Below are positions 1 through 10,664 of a stretch of 64,000 nucleotides of DNA, one piece after another. Source of the stretch: Macrostomum hystrix. Taxonomy: Eukaryota; Animalia; Platyhelminthes. The stretch is from the NCBI GenBank assembly GCA_950097015.1, contig CATNEN010000009.1, positions 1,674,001-1,738,000 on the forward strand, given 5' to 3'. Made by a program: the position numbers and the translations under genes. The notes beneath the pieces were generated by a model that saw nothing but the letters and a program-made list of their open reading frames with translations, searched no databases and had not been told where the DNA came from. The stretch's first letter is position 1; each line of letters opens with the position of its first letter.

Positions 1-236
1 ATTTAAGACCCTAAATAAAAATAAAATGAGTGGGGAATCCGGGATTATATCTACTAAATCCTCTTGCTAAGGTTTGAAATTATCAATCCTAAATCCCACT
101 ACTAAAGTTGGGAATCGTAAATGCTAAGTCCCATAGCAAAGGTTAGGAATTTTATACTCTAAATTCTCAGGGTGGGATTTCGGATCCTATTAAAGGGTTG
201 AGATGATTATTAATCCAGCCAACTGCGATGTTGCAG

Positions 237-3200
237 CAAGCCAATGATCCTGCTAGTCGGCCAGTATTCCACCGGCAAAACCACCTTCATCAAGTACCTG
301 CTGAAGAATGACTTCCCCGGGATTCGAATCGGGCCAGAGCCTACAACAGACAGGTTCATTGCCGTCATGCACGATAAGCACGAGGGAGTGGTGCCCGGCA
401 ACGCGCTGGTTGTTGACCCTCAGAAGCCGTTCAGGCCGCTGTCTCGCTTTGGCAACGCCTTCCTTAATAGATTCCAGTGCTCAACTCTCGATAACGAAGT
501 GCTCAAATCGATTACAATCATCGATACGCCCGGCATCCTGTCTGGTGAGCGCTCAGTTCTCAATCAACTTTTTAATAATATTATGTCAAAAAATTTCAAT
601 GTGTAATTAATCGAAAAAATCTATGAACTCTAAAAAATTATCCCTAATCGATCAATTATCCCCAATCGATCAATCAAAACCTCAATCGATTAATCATACC
701 TCATCGATAAATCATTTCCTAATCAATCAACTATCCTTTATCAAACAATATTCCCTTTTTAAGCAATTGTAAGGTGTGCGGTGATTCATTCTCGCATCGC
801 GTCGTAAGTTGGCTTCGTAAATTGTGCAAAGCGATGTACATTCTCTGGTGTACATAGCCAAATATAAAGTCGCTCACTTGAGGCTTTAGTCACCTCGTGT
901 ATTCTCGGTTCTCGCGCAAGTCTCGCCTTCTGACTTAGTTTACATTAGTGGCAGCGGTCTCTATCTCAAGTCGGCCCACTCACTCATGGCGCACGCCAAT
1001 GCACTTTTGCCACCCAAGTTTTCGGGCTCAGACGATGCCGACATCAACATGTGGCTGCAAATGTTTGAGGACTTCGCCACGGATTCCGAGTGGGACGACA
1101 AAAAGATGGCATCGAAAATCCGGCTGCTCTTATCTGGCGAGGCGCTCGTCTTCGTGTGGGACCTGCCGGAGGAGAAGAAGAAGAGCTTCGCGGAAACTTC
1201 TGAGGACTGGTGACCGTGGGCCATCACCAGCCCTGCCTAGCAAGGCCCAAACCGCTTCGCTCTTCCTGCCCGGCAGCATCGTAGGCCGGCCCTGCAGGTG
1301 GCTGTTCGACACGGCGCGCAGGTGACGCTCGTATCAGCTGCCCAGTTTCGAGCTCTGGGAGTCGCAGCTCAGCTTCATCCGCCTCTCAGCACTCCGGTCG
1401 GGATCGATGGTCGACGCTTGGAGTCTCCGGCATGCGCAACGCTGGCCATTCAGCTGGGCGGACTGCCGCCCATTGAGCACCCGGTGACGGTGGTCGCCGA
1501 CATTCAGCCGGAATGCGTGCTCGGCATGGACGCCATCAGCAAGATGTGCTCAACCTTCAGCGTGGATCTCATGTCGTCTTCTGTCCTGCTGGGTCAACCA
1601 GGATCCCAGTCCTGCCAGACAGGAACTCCATGCCAGCCTGCCGGGTGGTGCCCACCGCCGTGGTCGCCAGAGTCGCCAGCACCGTGTCCATCCCAGCCCG
1701 CAGCCGCGTCATCATCCCGGTCAAGGTGGCATCGTACGTTGAGCAGGGTCTGTTCGAGCCCAGCTCTGACTTCGTCGACAAGACCGGCCTGCTGCCGAAC
1801 CGGGCTCTGGTGGTCTCCAGCGCGGACGGCAACCTGCCGGTGGGAGTCTGCAACCTGAGCGCCGACCCGGTGGTGCTCTACCAGAATCAGGCCATCGGCA
1901 ACTTCAACGCTGCCGAGCCTCACGGGCCCGACGGTGAAGCTGCGGAGGAGGCCGGCTTCAACATCAACCCGGAGCTGAGTCGGTCGCAGCGCGAGGTCAT
2001 CGAAGCCCTGCTGAACCAGCATGAGCTGGCATTCGCCAGTCACGAGTTCGACCTGGGGACCACGCACCTACTGCAGCACGAGATCAACCTGGAACCCGGC
2101 AGCCGCCCCATCAAGCACAGGCAGCGGACAGTGCCACTGAACTTCAGACAGCAGGTGGACGACAAGATCAGCGAGATGCTGCGTCACGGGATCATCGAGC
2201 CGTCATGCAGTCCGTGGACGAGCAATCTGCTGGTGGTGCACAAGAAAACAACGAAATCCGCATCTGCACCGACTGGAGGGCCTTCAACTCGTGCACCGTG
2301 AAGGACGCCTACCCGCTGCCGCCGCTGTCTGTCGCTCTGGACGCGCTCACTGGCAGCAGCTGGTTCAGCACGCTCGATCTCCGCCAAGGGTTCCTGCAGG
2401 TCGAGCTGCGCGAGCAGGACCGGGAGAAGACCGCCTTCTACACCACGCAAGGCCTGATGCAGTACAGGAAGCTCGGCTTCGGCCTCTGCAACGCCCCGGC
2501 GACCTTCCAGCGCCTGATGGACTTGACGATGGCGGGCCTGAACTGGACGGAGGTGCTCACCTACATGGACGACCTGATCCTGTTCAGCACGACGTTCGAG
2601 CAGCACGCGCAGACGCTGAAGGAAGTCCTGGGAAGGCTGCAGTCGGCAGGCCTCAAGCTGAACAAGCGCAAGAGCTGCTTCTGCTTCCAGGAGGTCGAGT
2701 ACCTGGGGCACAAGATTTCGGCCGATGGGATCCAGCCAACCGAGGACAAGGTCAGCGCCATCCAGTCCATCCCGACGCCCGAGTGCGCTGAGGACGTTCG
2801 CCGGCTCGTCGGCATGCTGGGCTTCTACCGGCGGTTCGTGCCGCACTTCGCCAGCATTGCGAATCCGCTGCACCAGGCGACTCAGAAAAGTCGGCAGTTT
2901 CGGGGACGCCTGGTCGGACGAGGAAATCAGCGCGGCGCAGGCCGATGACCCGGTGCTGGCGGCGGCTCGCCAGGTGCTCATCGGACGGAGGCCCCGGCGA
3001 GGCAAGGCCGCAGACGACGCAGAGAGCCTGGTGAGGTCAGAGAAACTGGAGCTTGGCGAGGACGGCGTCATCAGGAGAAGCGGCTTCCCCGTCATTTCGC
3101 TGCAGCTTCGCCAGGAGCTTCTGAGGCAGCTGCACGACGACCCGGCAAGCGGGCACCTCGGACTGGACAGGACGCTAGCGAGGGTCGTCAACAGAGCCTG

Positions 3201-6200
3201 GTGGCCCGGCCTGAAGGACGACGTCCAGCACTGGGTGAGCAGCTGCGAGGTGTGCCAGCGTCGCAAGGTACCGCACCAGCACCAAAGGGCGCCGCTGCAG
3301 GACAACACCGTGCCGTCAACTCCCTGGGAGATGGTGCAGGTGGACATCAAAGGACCGCTGCCGGCCACAGAGGCCGGTCAGAAGTACATCATCTGCTTCA
3401 CCGACGTGTTCTCCAAGTGGGTCGAAGCGGCCCCAGCGACCAACATCGAGACTCGCACGGTCGCTGAAGCCATGCTGCGCAGCGTCGTCCTCCGCCACGG
3501 GTCACCCGAGGTCATCCACTCCGATCAAGGTCGCCAGTTCGAAAGCGACGTCTTCCAGGAGCTGTGCCGGCTGCTCGACATTCAAAAGACCAGGACGACA
3601 CCATTCCACCCCAGCGGCAATCCGGTGGTCGAGCGATTCAACCGGACTCTGGGCGACATGCTGGCGGCCTACTGCATGGAGCAGCAGGACAGGTGGGCGG
3701 CTTTCCTGCCGTACGTCATCTGGCGTACAACTCATCGGTCCACAGCACCACCAAGCGGTCACCGTACGCAGTGCTGCACGGCCGCGACCCCCGGATCCCA
3801 GCCGAGCTCAGCCTGCCCGCCGCCGGTGAGAGGCCGGTCGTCACGGACGCGCTGGCGGACGCCCGCGCCGGCCTGCAGCTAGTGCGGCAGCGCCTGCAGT
3901 CGACGCAGCGGTCGCGGAAGCAGCAGTACGACAAGCGCCAGCACTTCACTCCGTTCCAAGTCGGCCAGCTGGTGATGCTCAACAACCCGGCGGTGCAGAA
4001 GGGCCAGTCCAAGGCGCTTCGCCGGCGGTGGTTGGGGCCGTACCGCGTGCTCGAGAAGCTGGGCCCAGTCACCTACCGGATCTCCAAGCCCACCGGGCGG
4101 AGGCGGAGCTCGGTGGTGCACCACGACCGGCTGAAGGCGTTCGTGGCGAGGCGGCCGCAGCCCGCTGTCCCGCAGCCCGCCGCCGACCCACCCGCTGTAG
4201 AGAGCGACCGGCCGCCCAGTCCGGCTGCCGACCCGCGTGAGACCTGGCAGGAGCTGCTGGACGAACCGGCGCCTGCTGTGCCCAGACGCTCGAATCGGAC
4301 TCGGAGGCAGCCAGATTTTTTTGTTGCGCAATTTTGAGCTGCTAACTATTTTTTTTGTTCTTATAAAGCTTGTAGTGCGTCATTTTAAGCTGCCTAAAAT
4401 ATTTGTTTATTTTTTGTTTTTAATGTCCTTAATTTAGGGATGGAGTGATGTAAGGTGTGCGGTGATTCATTCTCGCATCGCGTCGTAAGTTGGCTTCGTA
4501 AATTGTGCAATGCGATGTACACTCTCTGGTGTACATAGCCAAATATAAAGTCGCTCACTTGAGGCTTTAGTCACCTCGTGTTTTCTCGGTTCTCGCGCAA
4601 GTCTCGCCTTCTGACCTAGTTTACACAATAATCCCTTGTTAGTCGATAATTCGCAGTTAATTAATAATCCACAACTAGTTAAGGATCTGATTTAGCTAAA
4701 TACATCCCTTCACAATGTCCAGGCGAGAAGCAGCGCGTCGATCGCGGCTACTCCATGAACGAGGTGATCGAATGGTTCGCAGCTCGCGTTGACCGCATCA
4801 TTTTGTTGTTCGACGCTCACAAGCTGGACATCTCTGACGAGTTAAAGGCCGTCATTGAGAGCATGAAGGGCTACGAGGATAAAATTAGAATTGTGCTCAA
4901 CAAGGCCGACACGGTGGACTCGCAGCAGCTCATGCGAGTTTACGGTGCTCTAATGTGGAGCTTGGGTGAGTATGTATTCTTTATACACATTGAGCTTTTG
5001 GGGTTCCAAGAAAACACTTTGATCTATGATCTATCTAAGTTTTTCTATCCCTGCCTGTTGTTTTTCTTCCAGAGCATTCCAAAAAATATGTTCCCTATAT
5101 AGTATTTTTGTTTCGAAGAAACGCCACTATTTCCTCCCTCGCGCACAGAGGTTTCCAAGAAATCCCAATCATTTTTTTATCCCCACTACTAGCTTTTAGG
5201 TTTCCTAGAAATCCTAATGACTTTCATCCCACCATCGAGCTTTAAGGTTTCCAAGAAATCACAATGACTTTTAATCCCTCCATCGAGCTTTAAGGTTTCC
5301 AAGAAATCCCAATGACTTTCATCCCACCATCGAGCTTTAAGGTTTCCAAGAAATCCCAATGACTTTCATCCCACCATCGAGCTTTAAGGTTTCCAAGAAA
5401 TCCCAATGACTTTCATCCCACCATCGAGCTTTAAGGTTTCCAAGAAATCCCAATGACTTTCATCCCACCATCGAGCTTTAAGGTTTCCAAGAAATCCCAA
5501 TGACTTTCATCCCACCATCGAGCTTTTAGGTTTCCAAGAAATCACAATGACTTTTAATCCCTCCATGGAGCTTCAAGGTTTGCAAGAACATTCTGATCCC
5601 ATAATTCCAGGCAAGGTCGTGTACACCCCGGAGGTGCCCCGGGTCTACATCGGCAGCTTCTGTAATGAGCCTCTGAAATGTGAGAGCAACAAGCGCCTGT
5701 TCGAGCTAGAATCCCAGGATCTGTTTCGCGACCTCCAGTCGCTGCCGCGGAATGCCGCTCTGCGGAAGCTGAACGACCTTAGCAAGCGGGCGAGGCTGGC
5801 CAAGACTCACGCCTACATCATCGCCGCTTTGCGCAAAAAGATGCCCTCAGTGTTCAAGAAGAAAGTCAAGAAGAAGAAGCTGATACGCGACCTGCAGCAG
5901 ATCTACGCCCATGTGGTCAGAAAGCACAGCATTAGCCCCGGTGACCTGCCAAACCTGGCGCAGATGCAGCAGTCTCTGGAGCGTGCCGATTTCTCCAAAT
6001 TCCAGCCGTTGAAGAAGCAGCTCATCAGCACCGTGGATTCCATGCTCAGCGATGACATGGCTAAGCTCATGCAGCAGATTCATCAGGTGAGAACTCGCTA
6101 GCTTTACTACTCAGAACCACTGGTTTATGATCCTCAAGTAACACTCCTCAGATCCTCAAGTGAAACCATTTAGATCCTCAGGTGAAAACATTTAGATCCA

Positions 6201-6790
6201 CAGGTGAAACCATTTAGATCCTCAGATAAAACTATTTAGATCCTCAGGTATAAACATTTAAATCCTCAGGTGAAACTATTTGATCTTTAAGTAAAATCAT
6301 CTTCCTAGGATCCCAGGTGAGTCTCAGATCCTCAGATCCCGTGCTCAATTGAGCAGTGCTCAAACCCCACCCGTCTACTAAGGAGCACGCCGCGCAGAGT
6401 GGGGAGTGGGGTGTCGTCTCCGGCGGCGCGTTCAACCAGGCTGGCGAGGACAATCCGTTCGCATTCAGCGAGAACCTCGGCCTGACTGCGGGCAAATTCG
6501 ATCACGAGTGGATTGTGAACAAATTCCGCGAGGAATATGACGCCGCATTCTACGCCATCGGGCCGGTGGACGGCAAGATCACCGGCGCCCAGGCCAAGGA
6601 AGCGATGAGCCGGTCCAAGCTGCCGCATGAACTGCTTAGCGATATCTGGAAGCTGGCCGACATCGACCAGGATGGCATGCTGGACATTGAGGAGTTCGCG
6701 CTGGCCAAATATCTCATGCGCCTGCGATTGAACGGCGACGAGCTGCCCAATAAGCTGCCGGATCACCTCATGCCGCCTAGCAAGAAATGA
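237..6790 (+). CDS. EHD1: EH-domain-containing dynamin-like ATPase (EHD family), 5'-partial, spliced
   Basis: Exons 237-544, 4723-4965, 5611-6086 and 6383-6790 have GT-AG ends and consistent phases. Motifs: P-loop GQYSTGKTT, GPEPTTD, KPF loop, IDTPG, NKAD, LPRNAALRKLND and a C-terminal EH domain (DIWKLADIDQDGMLDIEEFALA). Family-level call; the N-terminal exon(s) lie upstream of the window. Confidence 0.95.
768..4625 (+). mobile_element. Ty3/Gypsy LTR retrotransposon, internally deleted non-autonomous copy A, in an EHD intron
   Basis: 177-bp TG...CA LTRs at 768-944 and 4449-4625 with 4 mismatches, and a 4-bp TSD CAAT (764-767 / 4626-4629). Gag, protease, RT (YMDD) and integrase remnants are near-identical to 48545-53495, but with deletions of ~620 and ~470 bp plus frameshifts. 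Confidence 0.96.
986..4337 (+). pseudogene. Disrupted gag-pol of Gypsy copy A
   Basis: Fragmented ORFs 986-1213, 1298-1858, 1513-2301, 2205-2948, 2725-3882 and 3564-4337 match pieces of the intact copy. The Gag C-terminus with its zinc knuckles and the RNase H domain are missing. Confidence 0.92.
5150..5580. repeat. Intronic minisatellite, 47-bp unit, ~8 copies
   Basis: Tandem TAAGGTTTCCAAGAAATCCCAATGACTTTCATCCCACCATCGAGCTT. Confidence 0.93.
6125..6335. repeat. Degenerate ~21-bp intronic tandem repeat
   Basis: Repeated GATCCTCAGGTGAAAC(C/T)ATTTA-like units. Confidence 0.75.
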
Positions 6791-7184
6791 GCAATCCGAA
6801 CCGAGGCCAACTCACAACTCACATTCGTTACTAACTCACTTTGAAACCCGTCTTAGAGCTGCAACTTTGAAAAAACTGCTAGAAGCAATCGCCAGTCAGC
6901 AAGTGTCTCTTCAATGTTTTTATTTAAACCTGCGAGAAAAATAATCACTTCTTCGTCAAGTTTTTTAGTTTCAAGCCTTCGTTTTATTTTCTGTCCACTT
7001 TTTGCCTTTAAATAAATTCGCTTGTGACTGCCGCTTTGACATTATGGGATTTTTGGATTCTGGAGGCTATTCATTTCAAATCTCCCCTATGGGATCTTGG
7101 CATTCTAAATGCTATGGAATTTTGGGATTTTAGAATATAAGCTTTGGGACTTAAAGATTCTAGAAGCTATGGTATTAAGGGATT

Positions 7185-7497
7185 TAAGGGATTCTAGCAG
7201 CTATGGGATTTAGGGATTCTAGCAGCTATGGGATTTAGGGATTCTAGCAGCTATGGGATTTAGGGATTCTAGCAGCTATGGGATTTAGGGATTCAAGAAG
7301 CTACGGGATTTAGGGATTCTAGCTGCTATGGGATTTAGGGATTCTAGCAGCTATGGGATTTAGGGATTCTAGCAGCTATGGGATTTAGGGATTCTAGCAG
7401 CTATGGGATTTAGGGATTCTAGCAGCTATGGGATTTAGGGATTCAAGAAGCTATGGGATTTAGGGATTCAAGAAGCTACGGGATTTAGGGATTCTAG
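7185..7497. repeat. Minisatellite, 25-bp unit, ~12 copies
   Basis: Tandem GGGATTCTAGCAGCTATGGGATTTA. Confidence 0.93.
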
Positions 7498-8109
7498 ACT
7501 AGTAGAAACGGTCGCTATGGGATTATAATTATCCCCAATTGAGATCTGGGAATGCTACAAGTATGTGTAAACTGAGATTTGAAATGTTGAGTCCACAAAT
7601 CACATGTAAGGAATTTTTGCATTGTTTTTTTAGCTGCTATTGTAAATTTTGTTTATTTTTTTTAAAATAAACAAAATTGTTTTTTTGTTTATTTTTTTTA
7701 AAATAAACAAAATTGTTTTTTTGTTTTTTAACGCTTTAATAATGCCATGCAGCAATGTTAGGGTCAGCTGCTATGAGGCTATGGAGATAATAATTATGCC
7801 TAGCCTAACTGGATGCTGCGATCATCGCCGCTTCTCATGCTCACCTTTGCTTTTGCTCTGATGAGTAACAAAATCTATTTCGCTGCTGCATTAGTATTGC
7901 TTCTGAGCTTAGCTGCTAGAGCATAGCTTTGGCTTTCTGTTTGCTTTCGGGTGGCTGCCGGTACGTTTAGTCCCCCTGCTTAATTACCTAATCCCGCAAG
8001 ATCAAAGCTTGAAAGTAATTCAAGTAAATTCTGAACTAAAGAAAATTCAATTTACGAGAAATACTTGCTGACAAAGGGAATCCAATATTTGAAATTTCAA
8101 TTAGAAAAG

Positions 8110-8560
8110 CCTGATTTGATAGAATCCCCAATTAGGGAGATACTGAATGAGGGATGCCAATTTCGTCGATGAAATCTCCATCTATCCCCATCTAGGGATA
8201 TTCCCATCAAGGGAATTCCCTTTTAGGATATCCCCATCTAGAGAATCCCCATCTCGGGAATCCCCATCTGTGGAATCCACATTTGGGATATCCCCATCTA
8301 GGGAATCCCGATTTCGGGAATCCCTTATCTAGGGCATCCCTATCTAGGGAATCCCCATCTAGGGAATCCCTATCTATGGAATCCCTATCGAGGGAATCCA
8401 AATTTGGGATATCCCATCTAGGGAATCTCCATCTAGGCTATCCCCGTCTGAGATATTTGAGATTCACCATCTAGAGAGACCGCATTAGGGATATCCCTAG
8501 TATTTGCGAAATCCCTGTTTACGGAATCCCCATTTAGGCAATACCTTTTCAGGAATCCCT
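8110..8560. repeat. Degenerate tandem repeat of semi-palindromic GGGA(A/T)TCCC units
   Basis: Many GGGAATCCCCATCTA / GGGATATCCCCATCTA units. Confidence 0.8.
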
Positions 8561-9221
8561 GTTTTTGGTTTTGAACGAATCGGCAGCAACTCGCTAATAG
8601 ATCCACATTTAATGACTATTCAGTCACTGTTACATCGCCTGTCTACTTGCCTTCGTAACAGTCTGCACTCACGCCTAATTTGCTTACCTTCTGATATGAT
8701 AATTGGTCTGGTCTGGTTTCAACTATTTTATTTTTTGGAATCTATTTCTACTAGTAGTTTTGTCAATATATTTTCTTTTTAAAGATTTCTTTACTATTTA
8801 CTAAATCCAAGTGTTTGATATCCAGATCTTTGTAGATTCTCTGCTTTCTGTTATTTTATTTCCTATTGCAAACAATCTCTGTTCTCTCTCTATCTCTCTT
8901 TTCTGTTCCCTCTGTTGCTACGGGCGCGAATGGAGAATGCGATTTGGCTGCGAAAAGCGTTATTTTAGTTTGAAAACATACACAGCATGCACTACATTCT
9001 GGCGCTATTTGGAAGCTAAACATTTCTATTTTGGATGTTTAAAAATGGCGGGTCGTTTTAGAGTCGTTTTTTATGAACTTGAGTATAATTTATTTCTATT
9101 GTTCTGTTGCCATTACTCTCAGTAGTAATGCGAGAGGAGCAACTAAAGTTTAAATTAGACAAATGCAAAAAGCGCTCTCATATTTTAGAGCACTTTAATT
9201 TCTGATCAATCTTGGGAAGTG

Positions 9222-9625
9222 AGGATTTGAGATGGGATCAATCTTGGGAAGTGAGGATTTCAGATGGGATCAAGCTTGGGGAGTGAGGATTTCAGATGGG
9301 ATCAATCTTGGGAAGTGAGGATTTCAGATGGGATCAATCTTGGGAAGTGAGGATTTCAGATGGGATCAATCTTGGGAAGTGAGGATTTCAGATGGGATCA
9401 ATCTTGGGAAGTGAGGATTTCAGATGGGATCAATCTTGGGAAGTGAGGATTTCAGATGGGATCAATCTTGGGAAGTGAGGATTTCAGATGGGATCAATCT
9501 TGGGAAGTGAGGATTTCAGATGGGATCAAGCTTGGGAAGTGAGGATTTGAAATGGAATCAATCTTGGGAAGTGAGGATTTGAAATGGAATCAATCTTGGG
9601 AAGTGAGGATTTCAGATGGGATAAA
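9222..9625. repeat. Minisatellite, 32-bp unit, ~12 copies
   Basis: Tandem GATGGGATCAATCTTGGGAAGTGAGGATTTCA. Confidence 0.93.
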
Positions 9626-9673
9626 TCTTGGGGTGTGTGGATTCTAGATGGGATCTTTGTAAATCACATTCGA

Positions 9674-10361
9674 ATGGCTGATAAAAGAAGACCTAATTTT
9701 AGTCAGAAAGAGATTGAGATCCTGCTGGAGATGGCAAGAGAAAAGCCGATGCTGAGAGAGAAGCACAGGTATGCAGGCACGAACCACCAGAAGAAGAAAT
9801 TGCTCGAGGAAATCGCGCTATCCGTGTCCGCTTCAGGTGTCGCAAGGCGCTCCCCAGACGAATGCAGAAAGAAGCTGGCCTCATTGTGCAGCGACACCAT
9901 GGCTAAGGCTGCAACCGCGTTCAATGAACAGCGCCGGACGGGTGGCGGTGTATCTGCAGCCGAACCGTTGACGGATGTCGACAAGACGGTTCTTTCTTTT
10001 CTTCCGGATGTAGCCTACAAAGGCGCGTCGAATGGCTTTGATTCGTCGGTGGTTGACACGCCATTGCACGGTGACATAGCTCGTATGTCTGCCAAGCTCA
10101 CCTGTCAGCTCTGTCAACGGTGCCAACAACCGGGACACTAACGAGGCTGCCAATGTGCCTTCGACAAAGAAGAAAAACACTGAGACTGCCTCTTGCAACG
10201 GTCGCAAGCGCCACGCAGCCGATGATGAGGACGTCTCTGAAGCCCTGCGGATGCAATCCGAGATGGTGCAGCTGCAGAGCGAAACACTGACCGAGCTGAA
10301 GGAGATTCGGACTGCGCTGTATGATCTGCTAAGCGTTCTGTGCGGGCAGCACAGATCGTAA
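9674..10361 (+). CDS. Harbinger-type Myb/SANT-like (trihelix) DNA-binding protein, ~207 aa
   Basis: MADKRRPNFSQKEIEILL...W-equivalent helix...RSPDECRKK...EQRRTGGG is typical of Harbinger ORF2 and NAIF1/MSANTD-like proteins, followed by a C-terminal coiled coil. A putative phase-2 intron at 10045-10108 (GTCGGT...TGTCAG) joins the two ORFs in frame. A frameshift is the alternative explanation. Confidence 0.8.
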
Positions 10362-10664
10362 TTGAAATAACTCTAGACTGGTGGTATTTAGAACGAAACG
10401 TAAACAGTCAGAGCTCCACGCTCCTGAGAACAGCGATATATATTTTATGCGACGGCACGTTGGGTGTAAGGATTAGGGGGTGATAAAATAGAGCGAACAA
10501 TGATTTGAAAGTCAGCCAGTTAACCAAACGGCTGCCAGCGCGGTGTACTCAGCGTACGCGCGCTGGCTGCACATGGCTGCACCGCACAATGAAATGATAT
10601 TCAGCCAGTTAACAAACAGCTGCCAGCGCGGTGTACTCAGCGTATACGCGCTGGCTGCAAGTCA

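Noticed and set aside
6309-6316. Apparent 8-nt micro-exon (CCTAG|GATCCCAG|GTGAGT) in EHD
   Set aside because: Inclusion breaks the frame with the supported acceptor at 6383, and it lies inside a degenerate repeat.
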